Assembly (NCBI GenBank): GCA_002633005.1
Contig: NMRA01000060.1
Location: 1-32,821, forward strand
DNA: 32,821 nucleotides
Reading direction: 5' to 3'
Source: Phoronis australis
Lineage: Eukaryota; Animalia; Phoronida
The notes below the pieces were generated by a model that was not told where the DNA came from, ran no database searches, and worked only from the letters and a program-made list of their open reading frames with translations. The position numbers and the translations under genes were made by a program. Positions 21,801 to 31,691 of the stretch are shown here, piece by piece. How positions within the stretch are numbered: position 1 is the stretch's first letter; each line of letters begins with the position of its first letter.

Positions 21801-24800
21801 TCTCCCGCTAACTAAAAAGACCGTTGCCATACATCGACATTGATTCTTCGGACTCAGTTACAAATGTTGCGATTAAAATGATTTTCAAAAACATTGGATT
21901 TGAGGTTTCATGGCACCAATACCCAAACACCATAGTTCAGGTGGCGCAGGCAAATGCATTAAACAATATTCAAAATTTTGCCAAACCCATTGCAGAGGTT
22001 TATTTTCCAGATGAATATAAAACATCACAGCTCATTATGTCGTATAACTTAGCGGAACTTCTGAAGCGAAAATAAACCTGCCTCATACTAAGTAACTTTC
22101 AAAAAACTGCGACTTTAAATTATGATATCATGCGAAGAAGAACAGAACACACATATAAACTCCATCTTCAATTTCTGACCTGCAAAAAGGATTGGCACGG
22201 TTTTCTAAGTCAATACTACTAATTTTATCAACCTCACTACTACCAATAGCGCAACTGTTGTACACCAAACGAATTTCTCCCAAGACACAATCTTATCTAA
22301 ACGCTTCATGTTTTTTCTGTCTTACCATAAATTCACGAAGTAAAATATCAGATTTGTAGAAAAAAAAAATTGTCAAGTTATACACAGTTGATAACTCATT
22401 TAGTCATTCCCCGTTACAACAGGAGTATGACAGCGATGTTTACTGCCACCTTTGGTCTTCTTGATTGTTCTTGATTGGGTGACACGCATCTCATTCTCCA
22501 ATCCAACAAATGGCATACAATGGCACCAGTCGCCTTGACGACTTAGAGTACGCATATGATTTCTCCTGTATAGCTCAGCAACGGCATGACATCCAACGTA
22601 AGACTCTGGCACTCTCAGATGCAGCCAAACAGGTTAACCTGCACAACAGCACCAAGAAAACCAAGACGATCTGCATAAAAGCAGGCTAAAAAACCAGCAT
22701 CTCAGTGTTAGAAGAGCTTGAAGATATCCAATCCTCCACCAGTCCATCAGCTATCTGGATAGTATGGTCAGCACTATAAGGGCGGAATAGAAGAAGACAT
22801 CAAAGCCCGTATTGAGAAACTGAAACCTATCTGGAAGTCCAGAACATGCTCCACAAAAAATTAAATCAAAATCAAAAGTCAAGCCCGACATGCTTTACGA
22901 CTCATCATCAACAAGGTCCAAGTGTTCACAAACAGATGTCTGCGTCAAATCATGCAAGTCAAGTGGCTTCGTGGAACAGAGCCCGACAGGAAGCCATGTT
23001 GATCCAGACTAAGAGGTGAAAGTGGAGGTAGATTAGTCAGACGCTACGAAAGCCCAGTGCAAATACAACCAAGCATGTCCTTAACTGGAACCCCAAATGG
23101 AGAAGGAAGTGAGACAGACCTGTGCAAAGTGGAGAACTGTGACATCTTGAAACCTTTCTAATGGCATGACATGGAACAAGAACCCATCAAAGGATACCAA
23201 AGGCGAACCTGATGGCAAGCAGTCACGGTGGCCCCATGAACATCAAGCTGTCCAGAGGCATAAGTCACCAAGGAAGTAAAAACATTAGACCAGTCGTCAT
23301 GAACAGTGACCATTCGAAGCAAATCACATCGTGGAAAACTGGAATATTTGCTGAAAGCGTGGCTAGAGATTGGTCTATTTTCAAATCAAGTCTGGCGTAA
23401 AACCTGGTGATTACGGGAACAAATGGGACATCTAGCGAACCAGCAGCGGAGTATTTATAGCATAAGGTCAAGGTCTAATACCCATAATTATGTAATCGGT
23501 GTTAATCGTCATGTTGTTTGAGATTATCTCCTCCTTTACAAGGTCATTTCTGAAACCAGGGGCGTTGCAGTAATTGTCAACACACCACCGTCATCATCAT
23601 TATCAACAAGGTTATTTTGTAACAGATCACTGTTGCGTCATGGTAGTCACGAAATGTTCGGCCTACATGCTTCGTTTTGCTTTGAAACTCATACTTATGA
23701 TACGTGTAAGATTCCGTGTAGGGTTTGGAAGTAGGACAAAGTACATGCCTATGGTTTGGAACACCGCAACCTTTGTCACGAAAGTGTGTATCCAAGTAAC
23801 CAAACAACTTACGTCGTCTGATTCGCTCCAGTCACTCAAACAGACGATTATGTGACAGTCGTAGTCAAACACCATACGCCAAAAGTCTGCTACTGTACTC
23901 GGCAGTGGAATTTGAGTGACCAAGAACGCATCTCGATGTCTGTAACTCTACAAAACACCTCGTTAAAGTAAACTTTTCACCCTTTAGAATAGATACGACA
24001 TGACAGCTGTTAGATCTAAAAATAATATGATATTACCGACTAATAATGTTATCAACAAAATACTCATTGAGTTGTATGAGTAAAACTTCAGTAGTTTACA
24101 GTAAATACAAGAATTTCTTGAACATAAAGGAATGTCAAAAATATTTTCGTCCACTTACATTGACAAAGACAGCGTTGATGTAGTCTGAACTTTTACCTTT
24201 GCTCCGAGACATGAGAACTGGTCTTGCGCGATTAGCTAGTAAATAAGACCTTATTGATTAGTGCTTGCTGCATGCAAAAGCCAATGATACAAAGAATGTT
24301 AACTCTATTACGTTGCTGTTACCAGTACATGGTGCGTGGACTTAGATTCCTCCCTATTCAGAATGGCACCTCATTTGTCCGTAAACTCCCATAACTAAAG
24401 CCAACAAATCTAAATGAAGTGACTTTATTAGGCGCATTGGAAGAACATTTACTTGGCAGCACGAGGCGGGATGCAATGTGACACAAAAATCGACACAGTC
24501 TTGCATATTATAAAACTCGGGCAGCACTCAGTTATCCAAAGCCTCAACATAAGTCACAAACAAATCATAGATGAAGACTGTTGACGGACTGAGAACATAC
24601 TTGGCAGTACATCTGAACGGCGATTTTTGGCTAAGTTCTCTGGTAACGAAGCCGTTGCACTCTCATCGGCAGGCAGTGAAGAGAACAGAAGCGTCAAAGT
24701 CTAGAAAAAAATTACAAATTTCTGTTAAACAAAATTTTCTGTACTACTTAATAACAGTTCAGAATCCATGGTATTCAAGAATGTTACGTCACTATTAAGT

Positions 24801-27800
24801 GTTACAAGTGTATTGTATTCGATTAACTTCTCCAATAAACATAAAGAGTAGAGAACTTACGTCGTACTCTTGTTCAATGAGACTCTTTCCATTTTCAGAG
24901 TTTTCCAATAACTTTTCAAAGCTGCTGTCGAACTTGGCGGTAGGAATAAACGTCTCTTCACTTTGCAGGTATTCCAAAATGGCATTGTATATAAATTCAT
25001 ACTGGTCCTACAATGACACAAGACACATGTCAAGGCAGTCGTTAATAACCAACAATGCTGCATGCTTAAATCCACTACAGAAGCTGTTCTACTGCTGACA
25101 ACAACTTTGTTCGCAGACGTATTTGCTTTTCAGTGGTTGCAATAAAACGTGTGGCATCACCCTGATAAACATGATATTGCCTCAGCGGCTATGTCTAGTC
25201 CGCCATAACGACTTTAGAGCTTGGGGCCCGTTCATTTTTTACTTAATTCTAAGATTTGCTCAACCTCTAAACTTTGAAATTTCCACATCCGGTACGTTAC
25301 GTCACTTAAAGCTAAATTTTAAGTCAAACAATTTTAAATTTTAACTCAAAAGCTAAACTCCAGAACATTTTATTGGAAGGGGCAAAATTAAGTTTAATTT
25401 ATCTTAAAAGTGACTTAAGTTTAAGATTTGTCTTAGTGAAGTCAGTTTCCTTGGAACAGACCGTGGTATGAAGCAAAAAGTGATAATTCTATATTTGAAG
25501 CTCGCTGATAGTGCAGGGTATGAATTTTTGATATGAAACACCAGAGGAGTTCCGAATAAGCTTGTCGTAGACTCACCGCTCTCTGTACCATGTTGACTCG
25601 CTGTTGGCGAAGGCGATAAAGGAAACCTAGAGGATCGACTAGGCTCTCTTGAGTTAGCTGGTCAACGAGAATGTCCAGTAAGATGAAGATGCCTGTCCTA
25701 CCTATACCGTTACTTCAAAAGAAAAACAGTTTATCATAAACATTTTAATCTCCTTTAAGACATGTTGAACAAGGTGTGGAACTGCATGAAAACAATCGAA
25801 ACATGGTTTGTGATTACTCAGATTAGGTTTTTTCGACAGTATGAAATCGATCCAATGCCTGAACGTGGTTTTCTTTTATTTTACTTTTCTCAAAACCTGC
25901 TCGATCAAAACAAATGAATAGGGGCAGCACCCTCTCCTCCATAAAAGCGAACAAAATAATATCTATTGAATTGTTTGCAATCAATGCTAGAGGGGTGGGG
26001 CAAAACTGGAGGCGACCAGGGGAGGCATTGGCGTTCACATTTGTTCCTATCTACATGTACGCCCATGAACACTGAATATAACTACGATTTGGTAATGACA
26101 CAAAAAAACAATGGAAACACAACCCAGACTGGGCCACGCAGTCACACTGTCAAGAACTATAAAGCGCACAGCCCGATTGCATGTATCGACACAAGCCGCC
26201 CAGACTAAACGCTGAAGCCAAACAGCGGCAGTTAACCTTGATAACACCCTCTCCCACTGGCTTCTAAGTACGACTAAAACTCAGAAATCGGCCTTTGCGA
26301 GTTCGTGAATCTTTGGAAATTTAGTACAAAGTATGTAATAAACGTGTAGGAATATATCCCTAATACCCTGTAGTGTAAGTGACTGTTTATACCTACAATC
26401 TGTTTTGTGCTACGAAATTTAACTTGTCAGGGATTCGGCCCCTTTCCAGTTGAGCATTGAATAGCTTGTCGACAATGCTGAAAGTTTCCCATTTTCAGAA
26501 TTCGAAGACTACGTCTCATAGCATCACTTATCGACGCATTCTCTAGTTCCAGAAAGAGCTGCTTACAACCGGCTGACAATTCGACTTTCCACAATTTGTT
26601 TCGTTCTGTGACCTTTGTAGCTACGCATGCGTTATACGCACGTACCAGGATTTGCTTTTTCATTTCGCCTCGGTCTTAATCGTTTTAGATTTTCATTTGA
26701 GATTGTACAAAAATCGTGATCAGACAATTTTAGCACTCACTGAAAGCTTATAACTTCCCGAAATTCATGTCATACAAAAACTGCTACACCGGTGACGAGA
26801 GGTATTTTAGCTACATAAGCTACATATACATGTATATATACAACTATTTCTACAGGCTTTTAATCAAAAGTCATTGTCAAAATAAAAGTGGGCTTCTTCT
26901 ATGTCTCGTGGTTTATTTGTTTGAATGAAACACGAATGGAAATTGGGAAGGGCAAGGAACTTGCAATCACGTGACAAGAGTTGCGCCGATGTAATGCAGT
27001 CATAGGCGGATTTAGGGGGGTGGCAATAACGTGAAGCGTGAGGAAATATTGAGGTCAGTAAGTGGGAGCGGTAGCGAAAGAGGGGGGTTCAGACTTCGGG
27101 GGAATATCGTGTTCCCATTTTTATTTATTTTTTTTTTCAAGTTCACCAATAGATTTTGCGAACAGGAAGTGCACAACCTTGGCTCCCGCAACTTTCGTGC
27201 CGCCTGTGCATACAATCGCGCTTTGCCCAAATACCCGAGGCAACATGTTGCCCCCCCTTATGTTATCCTATATCCGCCCCTGAAAGTAGTGGGTTCAACC
27301 ATTCTACATGTACATGTCTTACTGCACGCAGATGTGGACTTTTTACAAGTCAGGATGCATGTCTGACCAGAAGCTAAATCAGACACTTAAAACGAGCGTT
27401 CACCACCGTGTCCTATCTACTGTGTTACGAGTAATTACAGTACTATAGCATTAATATGTATACAAAATGCGGATTGCTCCCCCTCAACCCTAACACCGCC
27501 CGACCGACTCGACCGACGACCGCTTCGACCCACAAGCCCTCGACCCACAACCCCCACTACCAAAGACCCACAGCCCCTTCGACCCACGACCTGTGGCAAC
27601 AGGTGAACATGTATCTGCGCTTGTTACACATTTCATAATCATATTACGTCGCTGAGTGACTTTCCCACAAAACTTACCTACATGTTAATCTACTCTGGCT
27701 AAAGTCTAGTGATTGAAAACAGAAAGTGACGCAAAAACATGACGTGAAATTGTGAATTGTGAGCGTGCTATAATTGTCACGGAAACAGTTCCTCAAGAGG

Positions 27801-30582
27801 CTAACAATGACCCTGTTCTACTAAACTTAGGGAGAGAACATGTTAACCGGAATGGAAATAATTTCACACTTTATTACTGGCTTTCCGTTGTATACGAGTA
27901 CTCGTGTACATTATATTCCATGTAACGTTGAAACAGTTCTTAGTTAACAGTTTTGTTTTTTCAAACTGTATTTACTTATTGACAAGAAATTATGTACTCG
28001 TCGGTTCCTTGCACTCTCCCAAAATGTTTGAATCTGCCATTCACTGAAGAGCAGACTAAAACGATTACACTTTGCCAGGAACAACATTTGTTACATGTAC
28101 GTTGGTAGGTCTGATTTGATTTGGTGGCGTTGTTTCTTTTTCTGTTTTTGGCTTTCAAACTTTTCAAAGCGGATATCTTAATTTCAAATAAACAGGGAAA
28201 AGCCAGTCGAGCTCATAGCCCGACTCCTGCAATTCAGCGCTTGCTCTACCTTCTGATCGAGTCAACCTTCTGTAGACCGGATCGTGGGGGATGTGGGTCG
28301 TGGGTCGAGGACGTCGTGGGTCAAGGGGGTCNAAGGGGGTCGTGGGGTGCGACGTCGACGGGCTTGTATAACAATTAATCCACAAAATGGTGCGCTAACC
28401 AAGGGCGAGTATAGCCTAAGCGCAAACCACATCTTTTGAAATGTGTGACGACAAACAAATCACGTGCCATTTTTTTCAGACGGCACACTACTACACGTCT
28501 AATATCCCGTCTGAAGGGACGGTGTGTGAACGCTTCAAAATGCTTCTGGACAATAATGAAATGTGTTTCAAAACGCTACATGGTACTCCCTATTGTTGTG
28601 TACCTGCAGTGGATGACGGCAGGAGTATCTACATTCATTCCTGATCTGACAAGTCGATGGAGCTTCCAAAATGAGCCTGAATTTTCAGGAACGCCATGGT
28701 TGGGCCAGGAAGTAAAATGATATTGTGTTACTGTCCTTTTTCGATCACCCTGCAAGTAAAAATGACTTCATGATATGGGATATTGACAAAGCTCATACAG
28801 CGTAGTGATTTTGTGACTAGCTTTGGCAGTGATTTGTTCATATTGTAACACAAAATCATCAAAATTCAGATATTTTGTCTAAAAAGGATTTTCTTACTAT
28901 AAAAATGGAATATCTGTGCACACCTACAACGTAACTTTCAAAAAACTTCGTATTGTAAATAACTTGGTTAAATTTTACTTAAAACTTACTAGTAAAATTG
29001 GAACAAAAAATCAAGCATTTTATCACTCTATATTATCTCTTTTGAAATATTTGGATTAATAGCGTACGAATTCTTTCTTTTTTTAGACAATGATATTTTC
29101 CAGAAACGTGATAACCACTGTCGTTATGTCGGAAAGTACAAAGTTTCAATTGAAAATTAAACTTCGATATTCACCGCCACGTTCGCAATGCTCATCCTTC
29201 GTATGATGAAGTCGGACCCTGGTTCGTCTGCTATTACCGACACGGTAACGCCACCGAACACTTCTGGCTCGCTAGACTCTGGCCAGTACCGATGACATAT
29301 ACGCTGAAAAGAAAGCAAAAGATCACGGTGACTAAGGTTCCTCAGAATAAAACGCAACGGAGCTTCGTTAGCATTTGACGAGAAACCAAACACCTTCACT
29401 TGTCAAGACCAATACACCATTTATTTGATTACTAACTCAAAAGAAAAGTGGGCGATAAATTGGCCATTGTTTGCATATCCGCGCATTAGTTCTAAAACCC
29501 TATCTGTTCAACACCAGAGGAAGCTCTTACAAACCTCAGATACATTGGGGACTGTTTTATCGGTAATCGTTTTTGATAGAAGAAGGCATCGTTATCTTAC
29601 AGCTTTACGTGACGTCACTCCGTTTCGCAGACGATTGATTGCAAATTTTAACACTGTTCTCTTTGTTATCCCAAACTACATTTATAGCACACCATTACCA
29701 AAGTTTCCTTTTCGTACTTTCGCATGCATGACGTACAACTTTGATGAAAAAAATATTAAGTCTACCTTGCCGTTCTCGACTAAGTTTGTCAGCATAACTA
29801 CCACTCGAATTTCTTTCTCCCAAATCATCCTCCAAAAGTCATTGACTGTGACTTGAGTCGGACCTGCAAACAATTCGATAACTTAATCACACACATATTT
29901 AGAATGACAGGGACTGAATTTCATGAAATGTGTTCTGAAACACAACTCAATGCAATTTAATCGTTTCGCAGAAACATCCATTTTAACATAACACGTCTTA
30001 TTACGAAAGCTCAGTTGTGTTCTTGCTACCCCTTACAAAATCAAATGACAACGAAGTGCCTCTTTATCTAGCATAACACCATAATCAAGTAAAGTTTTAT
30101 GTAGGCAGGCCAGCGCTAGCTTGCCTGCCTACATGTTTATTCTAGACAGGCTACTGCTCCAGTTTGTTTCGTCTCTTAGGCCTACCCCATTTTTCGTGCA
30201 ATATAAGATTACTAAGTGGCATTAAAGGCGCTGGCTTTATTCACCTTGCAGGGAAATAGCTTTTGAGGTCACCGTATCAATTTCGTTTTTCTGTGACTGG
30301 AAGCCTGTGTTAATTTTCACCAATGTCTAATCAAATAACAAACACTCATCCGATGTTGTTTGACTGCTGCAATCGCAGCTACTAACTTCAGGAAGTCAAT
30401 CGTACCGCAAAATATCATTTAAAATGCGTTTTTGGTCATAAAACCGATCGAATACTCCTTACTAGTACCTTGAGCTGCAATAAACGCAGACGGGCGACCG
30501 TATGAATCAATGTACGAAGCGTTGATGTAGGTTGATTGAGGGTCGTTGTCCACCATCTTTAGCTCAACACGGTTTTTGTCGT
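18825..30582 (-). CDS. Receptor-type protein tyrosine phosphatase (tandem D1+D2 PTP domains; PTPRA/E- or PTPRK/M/T-like), 5'-partial, 13 exons: complement(join(18825..18899,19476..19611,20314..20480,21278..21409,23813..23947,24159..24235,24601..24700,24861..25007,25577..25712,28604..28749,29175..29303,29766..29863,30469..30582))
   Basis: Manually spliced: every intron is GT..AG, phases are compatible, and the total is 1592 nt = 2 + 530 codons with no internal stop. Classical PTP motifs occur in order twice (DxxRVxL, YINA, IAAQGP, DFWRM, YWP, WPx, HCSxGxGRTG, VQxxxQY). The orthology group cannot be fixed without the ectodomain or a phylogeny. Confidence 0.93.
19251..19320 (-). mobile_element. 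tRNA-derived SINE head or degenerate tRNA-like fragment, intronic
   Basis: The minus strand has an A-box-like GGTGGCGTATTGG (19317-19305) and a B-box GTGGGTTCGAGTGCCAC at tRNA-like spacing, but no intact cloverleaf. Confidence 0.5.
19476..19611 (-). CDS. RPTP exon (D2): (L)[45 protein letters not shown]
   Basis: ttttacAG acceptor, CTG|GTACGT donor, 136 nt; D2-typical DVFQxV..R..RP. Confidence 0.94.
20314..20480 (-). CDS. RPTP exon (D2): [55 protein letters not shown](L)
   Basis: tttgcaAG acceptor, TT|GTAAGT donor, 167 nt; degenerate WPD loop and VVxC. Confidence 0.9.
21278..21409 (-). CDS. RPTP exon (D2): [44 protein letters not shown]
   Basis: ttccAG acceptor, AAG|GTAAGG donor, 132 nt; YWPxxG...YG motif. 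Confidence 0.92.
22404..23279 (+). mobile_element. RTE-clade non-LTR retrotransposon, decayed 5'-truncated 3' fragment, antisense in an RPTP intron
   Basis: Broken translation in canonical order: [35 protein letters not shown] (=YADD, 22549-22560), [62 protein letters not shown]. Short TAAGT-like 3' end. Confidence 0.9.
23813..23947 (-). CDS. RPTP exon (D2): [45 protein letters not shown]
   Basis: ttttgtAG acceptor, GAC|GTAAGT donor, 135 nt; TQxPLxxTVxDFWRM motif. Confidence 0.95.
24159..24235 (-). CDS. RPTP exon (D2): (T)[25 protein letters not shown]
   Basis: ttactAG acceptor, AAT|GTAAGT donor, 77 nt; DYINA motif. Confidence 0.93.
24601..24700 (-). CDS. RPTP exon (D2 start): [33 protein letters not shown]
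   Basis: ttttctAG acceptor, A|GTATGT donor, 100 nt; NxxKNR...LP motif. Confidence 0.92.
24861..25007 (-). CDS. RPTP exon (end of D1 and D1-D2 linker): [49 protein letters not shown]
   Basis: ttgtAG acceptor, GAC|GTAAGT donor, 147 nt; QYxFxYxAILE motif and linker ET. Confidence 0.94.
25577..25712 (-). CDS. RPTP exon (D1): (S)[45 protein letters not shown]
   Basis: cttttgaAG acceptor, GCG|GTGAGT donor, 136 nt; completes the HCSxGxGRTG P-loop and starts the Q-loop. Confidence 0.95.
27001..27282. mobile_element. hAT-type MITE (282 bp)
   Basis: TIRs CATAGGCGGATTTAGG / CCTATATCCGCCCCTG match at 13/16 (CA..TG ends). Degenerate 8-bp TSD AATGCAGT / AAAGTAGT (6/8). Subterminal GGCAA/TTGCC and G/C runs. 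Confidence 0.7.
27470..28381. mobile_element. Foldback-like non-autonomous DNA transposon with inverted subterminal (CGACCCA) arrays; MuDR-like, superfamily uncertain
   Basis: Perfect 8-bp direct flanks ACAAAATG (27462-27469, 28382-28389). GGATT..AATCC termini. CGACCCAC-type repeats at ~27500-27592 face GTGGGTC(G)-type repeats at ~28285-28350. Confidence 0.65.
28604..28749 (-). CDS. RPTP exon (D1): [48 protein letters not shown](S)
   Basis: ttgcAG acceptor, AG|GTAC donor, 146 nt; QYHFxxWPxHGVP and VIHC motifs; absent from the supplied ORF track. Confidence 0.95.
29175..29303 (-). CDS. RPTP exon (D1): [43 protein letters not shown]
   Basis: tttcAG acceptor; CxxYWP motif. Donor is GCG|GTGAAT (129 nt); a weaker in-frame donor AAC|GTGGCG would end the exon at 29181. 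Confidence 0.88.
29766..29863 (-). CDS. RPTP exon (D1): [32 protein letters not shown]
   Basis: tttgcAG acceptor, AAG|GTAGA donor, 98 nt; [11 protein letters not shown] and VMLT motifs. Confidence 0.95.
30469..30582 (-). CDS. RPTP exon (D1): [39 protein letters not shown]
   Basis: ttttccAG acceptor, G|GTACTA donor, 114 nt; DxxRVxL, YINAS and IAAQG motifs. Confidence 0.93.
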
Positions 30583-31306
30583 CTGGAAAATGAATTGTTA
30601 TTATGCCATACAGTTCTGACCGAGAAGAAATATTGTTTCGGAGTTTCAAAGGTGAAAGAAACGTGTGTTGCCTTGTTAGAGATCGGTGATCATGATGAAA
30701 TAACAGAAATCCAAATGAACGCTCCTGTACCAGTTAAAACACTATCGCCATGGAAATGAAAGAAACATAAATTTGCTACACAAGCTAAATTTATTCATCT
30801 TTAAGATGAATAGATTGGCCAATCACAACCCATGTCCATTACCACACACTCAAATACTCCTTATTACAATGGTTTTGTTAAATTCTAAACAACAGCAACG
30901 TGGATCACTGGAATTCACTAACGACTGCACCCCAGATGAAGTGCTTCTGATCATGTTTCAATATCATAAAATAGCCGTTACATGGCACAGAATGAATTTG
31001 TCATCGCCACTCTAAAACAAAAATATTTGTTAAATTTGTTGAAAATTTGCCAAGCAACTCCAAAGATAAAGAGGTAGATAAAAACAAATTCTCACTGGGA
31101 GACACAGTGGTAGTTGAATCCGTATATATGTTGTCAAGTTAAAGGAGAATTCCACCCGATATAATTAGTCTTTTTTACCGTCTTAATCGGTCTACATCTA
31201 CATCGCCTCTTATACGGTCGACCTCACCTTGCCGAGAGGTGTCGCGTTAACCTGTGAGGAAGGTGAGAAGCGACGCAGCGACGTCATTGGTTCGTCTGCA
31301 GAGTGA

Positions 31307-31500
31307 ATGCCGCTATATTGCTGTGCATCGGTTCCCACATGTCCGAACTATGAAGCGGGTATATCGTTTTTTCGAGTTCCTCAAGAGCCCGAAATGCTTA
31401 GGAAGTGGCTCGCGGTAGTGAATAATGAAAGGTATACTGTTAATAGCAAGTATGAGGCCGGGTAACATCTCCGTGTCTGTGGCCGGCATTTCGTCGACAG
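31307..31500 (+). pseudogene. THAP zinc-finger domain remnant (N-terminus of the Kolobok transposase)
   Basis: ATG at 31307 reads MPLYCCASVPTCPNYEAGISFFRVPQEPEMLRKWLAVVNNERYTVNSKYEAG*HLRVCGRHFVD. The C..C, FxxP, W and CxxHF THAP signature is present, with one in-frame TAA (31463-31465). Confidence 0.8.
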
Positions 31501-31559
31501 TGCTCCGGCTTACCAAAGAACTATCCATACGTTCCGTTTGCCTATGCATGTTCAGAGCG

Positions 31560-31691
31560 CCTCTCTAGTATTTCTTTATAACTGTATTCCGGGTCGAACT
31601 GATATCCTGTGAAACCTAACGATCCGACCCGTGAAGTCTTCGTCGGATGAGCTCTTGACTAAGTCGGAATTGACACCGGCCGAGTTGTCAT
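31560..31691 (-). pseudogene. Possible N-terminal remnant of the Kolobok accessory protein (KolX-like)
   Basis: Minus strand reads SSSDEDF and, after a frameshift, GYQFDPEYSYKEILER. This resembles the acidic N-terminus and (P)YxFEP motif I recall for KolX-like proteins. It converges on the THAP remnant. Confidence 0.4.

Noticed and set aside
21655-21831. Minus-strand [18 protein letters not shown]... followed by acidic [10 protein letters not shown]
   Set aside because: Broken by a stop and frameshift, no recognisable family, and the acidic part is a low-complexity TCG/TCT run.
24447-24505. GTGCTGCCAA|GTAAAT on the minus strand mimics the end of the 100-nt D2 exon (possible duplicated exon)
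   Set aside because: Only ~47 nt from the nearest AG, out of phase, with no KNR motif; probably chance.
25222-25465. GGGGCCCGTTCA start with a TTAAG-rich interior, like a PIF/Harbinger MITE
   Set aside because: The right TIR is too degenerate and no TSD can be shown.
26363-26372. TACCCTGTAG matches the start of miR-10
   Set aside because: The match stops at 10 nt, there is no star arm, and the context is not a Hox cluster.
31313-31549. Minus-strand ORF containing NSKKRY as the missing D1 KNRY exon
   Set aside because: It is the antisense of the THAP remnant inside the Kolobok element and lacks the following ILP and a suitable donor. The true exon must lie outside the window.
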